Below are positions 63,275-64,000 of a stretch of DNA of 64,000 nucleotides, one piece after another; positions within the stretch are counted from its first letter, which is position 1, and the number at the start of each line of letters is the position of its first letter. Origin of the DNA: a virus (Duplodnaviria; Caudoviricetes); IMG/VR virus record IMGVR_UViG_3300016472_000447, positions 11,383-75,382 of that record; one strand, written 5' to 3'. Made by a program: the position numbers and the translations under genes. The notes under the pieces are model-generated. The model saw nothing but the letters and a program-made list of their open reading frames with translations. It was not told the origin of the DNA and made no database searches.

Positions 63275-64000
63275 TTATCCTACAAACATATCTACAGGCA
63301 ATTCAAATTTAGATTGTATTTCTGATTCTATTTGCTGTATCTCATTCATTGCTTCCTGATATAAAGTATCTCCATTAAGTGTTACTCCTCCAGGAAGTTG
63401 AACTCCGCTAAATTTTTTGAGATTTTCTGCCCATTGCCTTTTAATTAAACAAGTTGCATATCTTTTAAGAAACATATCATCATATACGTCGGTATATGTG
63501 TCAGGATCTAGAATCCTATAGCATTCAACAATAACAAATTCGCCTGGTCTAGCATCAGCTGCCCAGTCCATATCAATATAGAGTCTGTTCATATGTCTAT
63601 TGAAACGTATTGGTTTTTGTCCTACTAGTAACTGATTTATTAATTCTAGCTGAGTTTTCACCATAGAATAATATATTAAATCTGTGGACATCAAACTATA
63701 TAGATCATTTATTAGTATTTGATAGCGTATATCAAATATATCTAAACCTCTAGATCTATTCGTAAAAGGTAGAATACGATTAACACCTACAACTAAATCA
63801 CTCATTTCTATGTATTGTTGACGCAATTCTTCTTCCGTGAATTGATGCTTCAAGTATATTAATTCTACGGCATCATAGTGATATTCTCTATAGAATTGAA
63901 ATGCATCATCTAGACGATCTTCAACCTGATCGTCATCTACGTTTATTTCTATAACAGGAGCACCTAGTCTCCTCAGGCAATATTCTTTTAGTTCTAATCT
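63275..64000 (-). CDS. 13: gp13 neck protein (5' end runs off the window)
   Basis: Frame stays open to 64000: LKEYCLRRLGAPVIEINV...QWAENLKKFSGVQLPGGVTLNG. Confidence 0.93.
   Translation of the reverse strand, partial: RLELKEYCLRRLGAPVIEINVDDDQVEDRLDDAFQFYREYHYDAVELIYLKHQFTEEELRQQYIEMSDLVVGVNRILPFTNRSRGLDIFDIRYQILINDLYSLMSTDLIYYSMVKTQLELINQLLVGQKPIRFNRHMNRLYIDMDWAADARPGEFVIVECYRILDPDTYTDVYDDMFLKRYATCLIKRQWAENLKKFSGVQLPGGVTLNGDTLYQEAMNEIQQIESEIQSKFELPVDMFVG

Noticed and set aside
1-64000. Stop-codon recoding or suppressor tRNA
   Set aside because: All core genes are full length under the standard code, and no CTA/TCA/TTA anticodon is present. The CTAG loop of the Leu-like relic is only 4 nt.
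1-64000. Apparent abundance of GATC/AGATCT/TCTAGA words as a signature of modification-driven selection
   Set aside because: This is a visual impression only. It needs a Markov-corrected k-mer count, which I could not run.

Overview
64 kb of a large, AT-rich T4-like myophage genome. Almost all genes are on the - strand. Left to right: a tRNA cluster (7 canonical tRNAs, 3 tRNA-like relics, an antisense J-domain gene); early genes with near-consensus sigma70 promoters; replication/recombination genes (41, 40, uvsX, 43, regA, 62/44/45, 46/47, 55, uvsW, uvsY); a + strand 8-gene secreted/membrane operon behind a TATAAATA late promoter; hsp20 with a ROSE-like leader; a ~10 kb GDP-fucose/colitose glycan island; a MoxR-vWA pair; a 7-deazaguanine cluster (folE, queD, queE, DpdL-like T-fold protein, TGT/DpdA-like enzyme) interleaved with galE, two GT-B glycosyltransferases, a phosphoribosyltransferase and a hidden CDGSH mini-protein; then head/tail genes 3, 23, 22, 21, 20, 19, 18, 17, 16, 15, 14, 13. 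The best candidates for undescribed biology are (1) a possibly glycosylated 7-deazaguanine DNA modification, (2) a phage colitose/fucose glycan pathway, (3) the late envelope operon and (4) the anticodon-lesioned tRNA relics with a 16-bp inverted-repeat element. No CRISPR array, intron, intein, integrase or recoding was seen. All family calls come from motif recognition by eye, not from database searches. Host and taxonomy cannot be determined from the window.
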